This document shows, piece after piece, positions 63,867 to 64,000 of a DNA stretch of 64,000 nt (position 1 is the stretch's first letter; every line of letters starts with the position of its first letter). A program made the position numbers and the translations under genes. The stretch spans positions 288,001-352,000 of the forward strand of contig CAWFKH010000004.1 in NCBI GenBank assembly GCA_963816355.1, written 5' to 3'. Below the pieces are notes generated by a model. The model saw only the letters and a program-made list of their open reading frames with translations. It was not told the DNA's origin and ran no database searches. This stretch comes from an uncultured Gemmatimonadales bacterium (GTDB lineage Bacteria > Gemmatimonadota > Gemmatimonadetes > Longimicrobiales > RSA9).

Positions 63867-64000
63867 CGCTCACCTCCCGTGGGCCGCGCGCCGGCTCCCG
63901 CGCTGTCCGACCGCGGCGGCGCGGCCGCCGGCGGCGTGGCGGTCGCGGCCGGCGCCGGCGCGGCGGACGTCGCGGGCGCCGTCGGTACCGGCGCCTGCAC
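63863..64000 (-). CDS. 3' end of an upstream gene of the cytochrome operon (Pro/Ala-rich tail; product unknown)
   Basis: Open frame VQAPVPTAPATS...GGER*, whose TGA overlaps the next ATG (ATGA). Confidence 0.55.
   Translation of the reverse strand: MQAPVPTAPATSAAPAPAATATPPAAAPPRSDSAGAGARPTGGER

Overview
High-GC bacterial window. The gene content and pilin style suggest Gemmatimonadota, but this is an inference and was not checked. (1) 1-23 kb holds a minus-strand type IV pilus locus: an Ig-like repeat lipoprotein, pilQPONM, two complete minor-pilin sets (fimT-pilV-pilW-pilX-like), two tandem major-type pilins behind a sigma54 promoter, and two sigma54 two-component systems. Between pilR and pilA sits a four-gene glycosylation cassette: a TMTC-like GT-C/TPR enzyme, two polyprenyl-phosphate-type GT2s and a SAM methyltransferase. 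(2) 23-56 kb holds envelope and metabolic genes: a peptidase-PD40-Omp85 fusion, cardiolipin synthase, L,D-transpeptidase, a TetR/LolA-like/ABC/beta-barrel/TolC cassette, two PAP2 proteins, a tandem M42 peptidase, ArsR-trxC, a hybrid kinase, glucan phosphorylase, a GMC oxidoreductase, a PLP decarboxylase with DUF819, an SDR, cysK and a thioesterase. (3) 56.8-64 kb holds two convergent multiheme cytochrome operons: a split CbcL-like pair, a 14-heme protein, a NapC/NirT-anchored 22-heme protein and a 9-heme protein, about 56 heme motifs in total. Non-coding signals include many GG-N10-GC promoters, a MITE-like intergenic repeat family and a saw-tooth local GC skew. Several small frameshifts look like long-read errors. 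I saw no rRNA, tRNA, CRISPR array or transposase.
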